Source of the DNA: Octopus vulgaris
Lineage: Eukaryota
Length of the DNA: 64,000 nt
Direction: 5' to 3'
Assembly (NCBI GenBank): GCA_951406725.2
Contig: OX597814.1
Span: 59,520,001-59,584,000, forward strand
Positions 14,665-26,329 of the stretch are shown here, one piece after another. The notes under the pieces are model-generated. The model saw only the letters and a program-made list of their open reading frames with translations, had not been told where the DNA came from and did no database searches. Numbering within the stretch: position 1 is the stretch's first letter; each line of letters starts with the position of its first letter. The position numbers were made by a program, and so were the translations under genes.

Positions 14665-14812
14665 TGAGGAGGATGGAAGGAGTAGGAGGAGGAGGAGAAT
14701 GGAAGAAGAAGAAGAAGAAGAAGAAGAAGAAGAAGAAGAAGAAGAAGAAGAAGAAGAAGAAGAAGAAGAAGAAGAAGAAGAAGAAGAAGAAGAAGAAGAA
14801 GAAGAAAGAAGA
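14520..14812. repeat. (CAG)n/(TAG)n/(GAA)n microsatellites
   Basis: Direct reading. Confidence 0.95.
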
Positions 14813-16805
14813 ATGGTTTCCATAATTTCTGTTTGCCAATGATTTCTTAATTGATCGAAACTTTGTACTTCATAATTTATTTCAGTATCGTAGTTTTCAT
14901 GGCTTAAGTTGTAGTGTGTTTCCACGTCTTTTCTCATAGAGTTTCGCCATCAACGAGTAAATACACTGCCTGCGTTGATTGGAAAAATATTGTATGTTTT
15001 CCTACTGAAAAAAATGTCCGTGTGTGTGAAATGATAAAGACGAGCACATTTACTTGACTGAAGTATTCATATAGTATTTATCATATTGACTCTGATAAAA
15101 TGAAATCCTATATAGGGTCTGGCAGTGTTTGTCGAGCAATAACATTTAAACACAAACATTCAATTGTTCTTATCTATTCCCTATCATGAAAGAGGTATAT
15201 CATGAAAAGGAAACGTTTTATATTTTGACAGTCCAATAATTCATAAGACCCATGTATCAAATTGTTCGAGATAATAATGTTTCTTGTGCATTATTCTTTG
15301 GAGACAATTGACGACTGCATTGTAAAAGTTATTTAGATTTAGCATAAAATACCGACTCAACCATCCGTATATAACAGCCATTAGCCTTCATATATTTACA
15401 AGAAAGAAAGGTCACATTCTACAAATACATATAGGAGTCTTTTTCACTGGTATGTTTTGTCCATATTCATTTTATAAGAGTCAACCGAGCTAAACAAGAA
15501 CTTAAGCAGCTCCCACCTCTCTCTCACTCTCTCTCCCCCTCTCTCTCTCTGTCTCTCTCTCTCTCAAACGCCAATAAATATTGCATGCAGCAAGCACAAG
15601 AATTCACATTCCTATGTGGCATATACGGAGACAAATATATATTTTCCTTATGGTGACTTGCAGTTTCACTTCTAATGATTTTCCAAATGATATTTCAATT
15701 AATATATTTATAATTCACGAAATATTATACTAAGTATTAGAATACCATCTTAAAATACTACAAGAACTAAAATGCCGTTGGGGATTCATATATATATATA
15801 TAAATATATGGGGGGGGTATGTGTGTGTATGTATCTCTGTGTGTGTGTCTGTGTGTGTATAGATAGATAAATATTATAGATGTATATCTGCGCTCACACA
15901 CACATATATTGTTAGTTACTTTATTTGTTAGTGAACATTAATAGGTACACTGACTTAGCTATCCAAAATAAGCAAGTATATTCAATATATTCACGTACAC
16001 GTAATTTACATTCGTATGACAAGAATACATAAATATAATCATTTTATGCACCTTCACTGAATATAGGTTCATATAGTAAATATTTGCATGTTAGAGTTAC
16101 CATAAGTTAAATGCAAAACTAATATATAAAGAGTATCAGAGTTATTAGACTACAAATACTTCATTAGCTTGCAAAATTTCTCTATTTGATTGATACGTGT
16201 TCTTTTCACTCAAGAAACATTTCAGTTAAGATTAAAAATCCGATAAGGCATGTAATTTTAAACATATATCAAATTGTTTGCAGTGATTGCAACAGTTTGC
16301 GTTCAGCTTTGTTTTACTTTAACTATACAAAACAATCTGTGGTGTAACAGATTTTCTTCGTCAAACAAAACTCACTTAAAAGCAAATGGACCACCATTCA
16401 GCAAAAGGTTTGCTTCCTGCGATTTTTTCTACTCTAAACACAAGTGCAAAATAATTTACTCATAAAAAAAATGTTAGAAGCATAATGTTTAAAGAGTTGC
16501 AGTAGAGACACGGTCACGAACTAAAATCAATAATCTGTTTTAGGTAATTTATTTAAATGGAAATATTAACTCATAAGTATTCAGATTACAAGTAAGAGTG
16601 CATAGTATGAATATTCACACATTACAAAACTGAAATACTACTTTAGAATTAAGTTGGCTAAAGCTGACAAAGATTTAATCATTCAATTAGAAGCATTTTA
16701 TAGTTGACTCATCACTGACGCTCAAAGCATGTCAACAAAATATAGTTTTAAGCAAGTATTCATTGCTAATATTCAAAAGCATATATATATATATATATAT
16801 ATATA

Positions 16806-17278
16806 GTGACGTATATTTGCCATTTGAATATGGCTAACCCCTAAGGGTGGATGCTACTGTAGTTTGTAGCCCCAGGAATATATCTCCTCCAGCTGGCTAT
16901 AGACACACTATCTGTGCCCTATCAGTATTTGTGAGGGAAGTCATCCTTCCCGTCTTCAACTTATGATACACACGGACTCGAGTTTCAAGGTGTTTACCTA
17001 TCATCAGCGTGTGACAATCATAGTTGTCGACGAGAATTCAGTTTCCCTCACAAATACATATACTTTTTCCAGTGTCGATTGACACTGATATTGAAAAAGT
17101 GAAATCAAACAATGATAAATCTCAGAGCGAGTTATAAACAGTAGCGGTAACACATCGTGACGCATATTTGTCATTTGAATATGGCTAACCCCTAAGGGTG
17201 GATGCTACTGTAGTTTGTAGCCCCAGGAAGATATCTCCTCCAGCTGGCTATCAGTATTTGTGAAGGGAAGTCACCCTT
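16806..17278 (-). mobile_element. Retrozyme-like tandem repeat, family A (351-nt period, ~1.3 copies)
   Basis: gtgacgYatatttgYcatttgaatatggctaacccctaagggtggatgc... starts at 16806 and again at 17157. The unit contains a canonical hammerhead. Confidence 0.8.
16969..17013 (-). ncRNA. Type I hammerhead ribozyme
   Basis: Minus strand: cacacg CTGATGA t aggt aaac acct t GAAA C TCGA GTC cgtgtg. 6-bp stem I, intact core, 4-bp stem II, palindromic stem III, GUC cleavage triplet. Confidence 0.9.
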
Positions 17279-17920
17279 TAGGTTGATGGAATAGATAGCT
17301 TCCTTGTGCAATCACAATTGCGCTGGGCTGCCCATGTCGTGAGAATGTGTTACGAAAGAATACCAAAATCCCCATGTAAAGCCAGCTTGACAGTGGGCAT
17401 GGGAATGTTGGTCGGCCATGACTCAGATAAAAGGACAAGCTGAAGTGTAACCTCTTAGATAGTTCACAACACCTTTGAGGGATCAGCCTTGGAGAGAACA
17501 ACATAGAGGTCGTTGTGTCAAAATGGTATTAGAAACTTTGTTGCAGACAGCACTAATAGGCTTCGGGGTGCAAAGAAAAGGAAAGAAACGGCTGCGAATA
17601 TACCACATGCACTGACCTGTAATCATCAAACTTGAAACATCGGTGAGCTCCTTTGCAAATCGTTGGTGAGACTTAAATGTCACATTCGACAGAAGCATTA
17701 TGCCTGACAGAGAAAGAATACGTGTCGGAACATTATGGGTCTAAACTGACAGGTGAGTCCATTAAAACATACCGTATTTTAAAGTGTATAAACCATGTTT
17801 ATCAAAAATTAAGATAAAAAATATAGGAGTTTATATATATATATATATATATATATAAAGTTCTATGAAGGCTAATCAAGTTGTTAATAAACAATAAAGT
17901 CGAACTCGGCGGAATTTGAA

Positions 17921-17973
<53 letters not shown>

Positions 17974-17992
17974 CAATAATAATAATGATATC

Positions 17993-18025
<33 letters not shown>

Positions 18026-18069
18026 AATAATAATGATAATAATAATAATAATAATGATAATAATAATAA

Positions 18070-20171
18070 GTGAAGAAACAAATGAACCAAAAAACTATAG
18101 ACCCATAACTTGCTTAACAACTATGTACAAAACACTAACATCTGTCCTGACGGAATATACCTATAGTTTTTTAACAGACAGCAGCATATTCCCTAATGAA
18201 CAGAAAGGATGTAAACGTGGATCCTACGGCTGTAAAGACCAACTACTCATCAATAAGATGATCTTAGAAGATTGTCACAAACGACACAAAAACTTATCAA
18301 TAGCCTGGATAGACTATAAAAAGGCTTTTGATAGCCTACCACATAGCTGGATTAGAAAATGCCTTGAAATGTATAAGATAGCACCAACTCTGCGAAACTT
18401 CTTGACTGTAAGTATGAGATCATGGAGAACCACACTAACTCTGAACAGTGACAGTGAATTCCTAAATGCTGGTGATGTAAAAATTTCGTGTGGCATTTTC
18501 CAGGGTGACTCACTGTCACCACTCCTCTTTTGTTTATCCTTAATACCTCTCTCAAAGCTGCTCAATGACGCGCAGTACGGGTATAAAATGTTTGATAAAA
18601 ATATAAATCATCTCGTTTACATGGATGATTTAAAGCTTTTTGCAAAAAATGATCAACAACTCAAGGGCTTACTAGCGATAGTCAAACAATTCAGTGACGA
18701 CATCAGAATGCAATTCGGCCTCGATAAATGTGCAAAGGCTACCTTTATCAAAGGAAAAATGACAGAAACATCTAACGTTAACCTTGACCAACAGAATGTC
18801 ATAAAAGAACTAGACCCAGCGGAGAGCTACAAGTACCTAGGGATAATTGAAGGGAACGGAATAAGGCATTCAGAGATGAAGGAAAGGATCAGGAGAGAAT
18901 GCTATCGAAGAGTGAGAGCAATACTCAAGACAGAGCTGAATGCAAGAAACAGGATCGAAGCAATCAATGCATTAGCTATACCAGTCGTGACTTACAGTTT
19001 CAATATTGTTAACTGGTCAATTACTGAAATATGTCAGCTCGACAGAAAAATAAGGAAACTGTTGACAATGCATAGAATGCACCACCCTAAGGCAGATACA
19101 GAACGACTCTATCTGCCAAGAAAAGAGGGAGGTCGTGGTCTTTTGCAACTGGCAATAACAATGAAGATTGCTACAATTGGCCTAGACACCTACCTGAAAA
19201 ACTCTGAGGACTGGATGCTAAAACTTGTCTCAAAACATGAAAACAAGAAAGCATCATACTCAGTCACAAAACAGGCAAAGGAATATCTAAGTGAATTCCG
19301 AATACAACCAATTTCGGAGATAGATATACAAGAAACAAGCACAGAAAAAGCTAGGCGCATGAAAACCCGTGCCAAAACTGCGGCCTTAGATATTCTGAAT
19401 AATAAATGGCAAGAAAAACCTCTCTATGGCAAATACCCAAAGAGAGCGAATAATGCAGATATCGACAAAGCCCTGACCCATCAATGGCTAATGGCCTCTG
19501 TCTTAAAATCTGAAACAGAGGGGTTTATCATAGCAGCTCAAGATCAATGCCTACCAACAAGAAACTACCAGGCCAACATATTAAAGATCAGAAGCAGTCC
19601 AACGTGTCGTGTATGCAAGCAACAAAATGAAACCATTGACCATGTGGTCTCCAAGTGCAGTCTTCTAGCGCCTACAGAGTATCTCAACAGGCACGATAGA
19701 GCTGCACAATATATTCACTGGGTAATCTGTAAAAACCTGGATTTGCCCCATGAAAAAAACTGGTGGGAACACAAACCACCCCCAGTGCTTGAAAATGACC
19801 ACATCTCACTCCTCTGGAACTTCACCATTCAAACTGACAGGAAGATAGATGCAAATAGGCCAGACATCATATTGAAAAACTTCAAACAAAGAACATGCCT
19901 CCTCATTGATATGACTGTCCCAATCGATATAAACGTATCTGTCAAGACCTACCAAAAACTGAGCAAATATAAAGATCTTGAAATAGAAATCAGCAAAATG
20001 TGGAAGCTGAAGACTAAAACAATACCTGTTGTCATAGGTGCCCTGGGAATGATAGCAAAAGGGGCTGATAGCTACCTAACTCAGATACCAGGAAACCCAA
20101 AAATGGCAGAAGTTCAAAAGATAGTGCTCATGGGAACTGCTCATATCCTACGCAAAATACTCTCTATGTAA
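18070..20171 (+). CDS. Reverse transcriptase + CCHC zinc knuckle + restriction-like endonuclease (5'-truncated)
   Basis: NYRPITCL, WIDYKKAFDS, GIFQGDSLSPLLF, YMDDLKLF, YKYLGI, CRVC..ETIDHVVSKC, RHD, NRPDI..IDM, KYKDL. The upstream poly-L/I part of the called ORF is microsatellite. Confidence 0.95.
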
Positions 20172-20405
20172 TCTCAAGGTTTAAAACAAACATAATTTTC
20201 GGTTTAAAAAAAAAACCAAAAAAAAAACCTTTTTTTTTTTTTTTTTTATTTTTAGACATTCATTAGTACAACATCCCCACCCCCCAAATATATGGCACAC
20301 TAGGCATAACAACAACATGAACTTCCAACCCTGTTGTCTCTTGAGGTCTCTGGGTGAGACTTGGAGCCAACTTGTACAAATATAAAGCAAAAGTCAAACA
20401 TAGAA
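18070..20405 (+). mobile_element. Young, 5'-truncated R4/Dong-clade non-LTR retrotransposon inserted in (TAA)n
   Basis: TAA arrays on both sides, an uninterrupted ORF, and a ~230-bp 3' UTR ending ...caaacatagaataataat. Confidence 0.93.
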
Positions 20406-20443
20406 TAATAATAATAATAATAATAATAATATATGTAAATATC

Positions 20444-20582
20444 TATACTTCCCATAACCAATACAAAACTGATAACCTGGTTTAGAACTCAATATATACA
20501 TGTGTTTTAGATCAAAATTGCTGATGAGTATAGATCGGAAATAACAAAAGGTAAAGTTTTTCTTTCGTCATCTTTGTTTTGC

Positions 20583-20634
<52 letters not shown>

Positions 20635-20773
20635 GCAAAACAAAGATGACGAAAGAAAAACTTTACCTTTTGTTATTTCCGATCTATACTCATCAGCAAT
20701 TTTGATCTAAAACACATGTATATATTGAGTTCTAAACCAGGTTATCAGTTTTGTATTGGTTATGGGAAGTATA
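20444..20773. repeat. Perfect 330-bp palindrome: 143-bp arms around (TA)n
   Basis: 20444-20586 is the exact reverse complement of 20631-20773. Confidence 0.95.
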
Positions 20774-20782
20774 TATATATGG

Positions 20783-20916
<134 letters not shown>

Positions 20917-20995
20917 ATATATATATATATGTATATATATGTGTGTATGTATATATGTGTATGTATATATGTATAATTATATATATATCTATATA

Positions 20996-21032
<37 letters not shown>

Positions 21033-22064
21033 GTGTGTGTATATGTATATGTATATGTGTGTGTATGTGTGTGTGTATATGTGTGTGTATAAGTGATCAA
21101 TGAATCTATCTAAAACAATCCTTTTTATTTGTTTATGTTTTAGAACAGCTATTTCTCCTGAAATATTCTTTTATCAGTTTGTACGTAATGTATAGGATTA
21201 CAATATCATAAATACATCTGTATAGTCTTCAATAGTAATCTATATATGTATCTAGCATGTATATTTGTGTGTGTCTGTGTGTGTATTTTGGGTTGTCGGT
21301 GGGAATGTGGGTGTGTAGGTGTGTGTCCCTGTGTGTGTGAGTGTATGTGTGGTAATATAAATATATGAGTATGCGTATGTATGTATGTATGTATTTATGT
21401 ATGTATGTATGTATGTATGTATGCATATATATCTTTAACAATAAATCTCTCCCGGGGAATAGTCCTTTCGATTTTCAATCCCGATGTGCTGAAGCTCTCG
21501 CAGTATTTTCTTTATTTTGTTGGTAATTACATTACATCTTCATTTTGCATACTGATCAATAGTCTATAGCATAATTTTGAAACAATTGAAGATATTTGGA
21601 TGTTTCTATAATACAAGTAACATTATGTGTAATCAATAAGCTTCAAACATGCTATTGATGAACAAGGAGCATTATATTATGTACAATTCTACAAATGTGT
21701 TTCCACTAGATAGGATATGAATAACTTTCCAGTTAGTGTATTATGATATAAACAAAGCTTTATATGTAATAGTTTACAGTATTTTGACTTATATAGTATA
21801 TTAATGTAAACCTCCATGCACCCGTGAAAACTTTACGGAAAATATAAAAATGTAAGTATCTGTAAATAGTTTATTGGTCCCATGAGAAATGTCTCTATAT
21901 TGTAATACTAACGGAATATAGAAAGAATTGTAAAACCGATAACTCTATAATCCAAGCAAAATATCTCAGTTACGCAAGCGTAAACAGAATTAGTATTTAG
22001 CCTTAAAATACATCGTTTATATTCTAAGAGACTTCTTAGTTTTGTGATACGGAACATTCTTTCT

Positions 22065-22280
22065 GTATTCTTTTAGTCTTTTACTTCCTTTAGTCATTTG
22101 ACGGTGACCATGCTGGATCACTGACCTTTAGTCGAAGAAATCATCTACTAAAGTTTTTCCTTGTAAGCCTGTTGCTTATTCTATCAGTCTCTTCTGTCGA
22201 ACCGCTATGTTATGGCGACGTAAACTCACCAACATCGGTTGTCAAGCGGTGGAGGTGAGGGGACAAACGCAGACACACAC
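22065..22280 (-). mobile_element. Second SINE family fragment
   Basis: agtcatttgacggtgaccatgctgga...tttagtcga...gaaccgcta.gtta.gg.gacgtaaac.caccaacatcggttgtcaagcg resembles molluscan SINE bodies (from recall, not a search). Confidence 0.5.
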
Positions 22281-22299
22281 ATATGCCTCTGCACATAAT

Positions 22300-22688
22300 C
22301 CAGCCTGCAGTGGGAAAAAGGGAAAAACTGGACTCTTCAGTGAATATTCCTTGCTTCCATTCGTCTGTCGACGAACCGTCATGGTCTCTTACATCAGTTC
22401 AGCCTTTTCTGAATGTTTTGATAAGAAAGCAGAGGTTACCTGATAGCGGCTCTTCCACGATATCCGGCTTTATTGAGCTAACGGTGCACAGTTTTCGTCG
22501 AAACTGGAGTAGTCAGGTGTTGATTCAACTCCGCAGACACTATAGAGGCAATTAAATTAGATGATCAAAACTATCTGCAATAAAAATAAACACTCACAAT
22601 GAAATTTGGATGGATATACGTAATACAATGGCTCATTGAAATATTGGAATTAAATTTCTACTATTCCAATTATTTTGTGCAACCCCTG
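22300..22688. mobile_element. Tc1/mariner-type element end
   Basis: Ends ccaattattttgtgcaacccctg followed by TA, resembling a Tc1 terminal inverted repeat. Confidence 0.45.
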
Positions 22689-22716
22689 TATATATATATA
22701 TATATATATCTGTGTA

Positions 22717-22754
22717 TCTTTCTGTTGAAGAGCGTAGGCTCGAAACGTTAAAGA
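22717..22754 (+). ncRNA. Minimal hammerhead-like motif (variant core) in a short repeat between TA tracts
   Basis: tcttt CTGTTGAA gagc gtag gctc GAA ACGT T aaaga. Stems I and II are perfect, stem III is the palindrome ACGT, and A6 is substituted by U. Confidence 0.6.
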
Positions 22755-22896
22755 CTTGTTTTATTTATATTTCCTGAGCGCCATACTAATACAATTGTTC
22801 GTTTGTTTTCCACCTGCCTTCGTCTTTTGTCTATTTTCATAAAGCTTCCCGTTATATATATATATATATATCTATTTATTTATTTATTTATTTATT

Positions 22897-22943
<47 letters not shown>

Positions 22944-23850
22944 CATATGAGGGGTTTAGTTCACTGGTGATCTAAACGAATAGGTACGCTGGCTAAGTTC
23001 AAAGCTGACGCTGGAGCTAGAGGGCCGTATTAGGCTTCCGTGTTAGCAGATATATTTTAGAGCAAAGGGACAACAAGATCTAAGGCAGGATGAATATTTG
23101 AAAGTGATTTATAATAATTTAATTAGGGTAAGGTGAATTAGACTTCAGATTCATCTTACCATAATTAAATTATTATAAATGACTTGAGATACCCGTTGTC
23201 ATAGACATAACAATGGTTGTCTGGGTGATTTACACAGCCTCTCCTATTCAATAATCTAACACAATGAACAGTAATCACGCAGTGTGAGAGATACACACAC
23301 TACACGTGACGGCGGCGCAAACGACACTGAGTGTTATCAAGAACAATCTGACGTATTTGGCATTACGCACAGTACATCAGCTCCATCTATTACTAAACTA
23401 AATAATGAACTTTCTCATCGTTTGTTTTATTGCTGTTATTTCTTTAATTTTGAATTAAGACCGCTTTCATTTTAGCAAATTTTATAATACGTTCTATATC
23501 TAGCTGAAAGTATAGTTATTATCTTGTGCATGCGCATAACTAAAAATCGTGACGTGCTAGAACAATTGAGTGCGGATTCGGAATCAGCATCCTCGATTTA
23601 GTCTAATGCATATGTTTTTATCCCAGTAGAAAAATTGTTGTTGTCCAGTGTTATTTTTCTCAATTCGGATAACCCATTGAGATAAGAGTTCCTTTATTTC
23701 TGTTTTCTCCTGTGAAGATTACTTATGTATGCTAGGATGTTAGATACACAGATGTTATTATTTGTCACACATACACACACACACACATACATATGTGTGT
23801 GTGTGTATGTATGTAGAAGCAAGAAAAGTTACACACGACTTGATATGTTG

Positions 23851-25296
23851 AAGGAAAAAAGACAAGATAGAAAATGGTAAAATAATTTTATCATGAAGTA
23901 CATTTTAGTATAGGTTTCCGTTGTTTAGACGTTTTCAACTAAGAGTAAAATAAAAAAAAAAAAAACAATTAAATTGGAGAAAATATATTAAGAGAAATGT
24001 TTTGTAAATATTTTCATAGTCTTCAAATAGGTAAGTATTTCCGTAGCCTTCAGATTGTCTGTGTGTGTCTCTCTCTTCCTTTCTGAATGCTTAGTATGTA
24101 GGTAGTAGTAAATTTGAAGGAAGAGTTTATGAGTACAGGGCATTGATGGTTTAAGCAGGAGCAGCCGAGGGAAGAGACGAAGAAGAAGAAGAAGAAGAAG
24201 AAGAAGAAGAAGAAGAAGATGGAAGCGGAGAAGGAGATGAAGGAGGAAAAGAAGTAGACGTAGGGAAAGAAGAGAAAGGAGAAACAAAAGAAAAGAAAAA
24301 TCCAGGAGTTCTGTGACTCAGTAGATTGTTCTGTAATGGTCAAATTGTATAAAAGTGACCTGTTGTGGTCGTAGCATTAGTGATTGGAATTGTTCTAAAT
24401 TCTTGTAGTCGTTTCATATGTCGTGGTGGCATTCAAAATAAGTTTATATTCTGCGATAAAATATGCTTCTTTGCTAATGCGCTGATTATAGGTTGCCTTA
24501 TCATCGAATTTATAGAGTGGGAAAATTCTGAAGTTGGGCTGTTCGTTAGAGATGCAAATGTCTTTGCTTAATTTTATGTTTCTGTATTATCCTATTGTAA
24601 TCTGGGACCTATATAACGTCATCCTCTGGCGTTGACTGTTTTCAGTTTGACCAATATATTGTTCTCGACACCCTGCGCAAGTTAATACATATATTAGGTT
24701 TTCGGAAGCACATGTGAAGTTGCTTTTCACTGTAAAACGTGGACAATATTTGAAGGAAAAATCCGATTCCTCAATTAGGTTGACACATACACTACAGTTA
24801 GGTATTCTGTATTTTTTACTGTCGGCTTCGATGTTGTTGACGAGTGCACTTGGGCCTCTGTTAAAAAGCTTTTCATCGAATTGGGCTGTCGTTTGCTTTT
24901 TATGATGGTGTGCATTTGGAGGATTTGATATATTCTATGGTCCCTTTTTACTAAAGGAATGGAGGACGGTGTCGCAGGGGGTTGTGCGTGGATATGTATA
25001 GTAAGGCTTTGGGCTGTAAATCCTTCTTTAGTTTGACGTGTCTGAGTTCGTGGGTTGATTTGTAGGACACATTGAAAGCCTATATCAATTAGTGATTGTG
25101 GGTAGATCCTGTGGATGAGTGTATCATTTAGCTTACATAGTCGTGTGTCCCTGGTGCTTGTACCTCATACTAAAGTACAAATCCCTTTTTTCCAGGTTCT
25201 AACTCTTAGTTGATACAGACTAAGCGACGGAAGCCGGTACTAAAATGTACTTCATGATAAAATTATTTTAGTATTTTCTCCCTAGTCTTTTTCCTT
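23851..25296 (-). mobile_element. Degenerate Penelope-like element with inverted terminal repeats
   Basis: The minus strand at ~24630-24705 reads ENLIYVLTCAGCREQYIGQTEN (GIY-YIG). 23851-23948 and 25201-25296 are diverged inverted repeats, each containing a decayed hammerhead-like motif. Confidence 0.85.
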
Positions 25297-26242
25297 ATAT
25301 ATATAGGTGTGTGTGTGTGTATAAATGTATATATATATCTTATATAACAAAACAGAGTTTATATATATGTATGTGTGTGTGTGTGTGTGTGTCCGTCTGT
25401 GTGTCTGTGTGTGTGTGTCTGTGTGTGTGTCTGTGTGTGTGTCTGTGTTATATAACGAAACAGAGGGTGTGTTTGTGATTCTTCCCGCGAGAATGTTTCT
25501 TATGGAATCGAAAACTGAGTTACAGATTTTGACGTATGAGGTATCAAAAGACTCGTAATCTTTCGGCTACCAAATAAAGTATGTTTTATGGACAACAACT
25601 TTATTTTTACTACAATATTAAGCTCAAAATTTAGGTCGAGTCGCACAATTTTGAAGTCTTTAGCTATTGTAGGGAACTCTGCCTGAGCAATCTTCAAATA
25701 TATGGAGTTTTACCAGGGAATAAAACTTCGAAGATATACCGTCAGGTTTATTAGTATCATTTAGTAAATAATATTTTAATCGGGAGTGTTTGTCTGTGTT
25801 TCGTTTAGCCTAGAGTTGCCTTTGATCTAACAGACCATATATCTAGCATAGATTTTTTTTCTTCCTGAAAACTGTAAATCTGTATCTTTCTTTTGATGTA
25901 AGGATGTGTTTTAAGAGAGATCAGGCTGTTATTTGTAGTAGGCCAAATTACCACAGAGAATCTCTGTTTGTGCGCGTGTGTGTATGTGTATGTGTGTGTG
26001 TGTGTGATTTGTTGTAGCAAAAACAATACTGGACAACTTTCTTCCAGTTAACCATTCAATACCAAATTACAATTGTTATTTGTTGGAACTCAATTACACT
26101 GAGATGTACATACTGTCTTATCGTATAGAGTGGAAGTTCAACACGAAGTTTTGAACTAATTATCTTGTAGCTAATAATCCATTACCTTAAATTTGAAGCT
26201 ATTGAGCAAGCCGGCAAATCGGCCACTCCGCCACTGTATATA

Positions 26243-26311
<69 letters not shown>

Positions 26312-26329
26312 CTCTTATATATGACTCTA

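Noticed and set aside
16806-17685. Solo or tandem LTR interpretation (GTGAC...GTCAC ends)
   Set aside because: No PBS, PPT or TSD was seen. The hammerhead and the homology to the 50-52 kb unit fit a retrozyme better.
20521-20545. ctgatgagtatagatcggaaa as a hammerhead
   Set aside because: No convincing stem II, stem III or stem I pairing.
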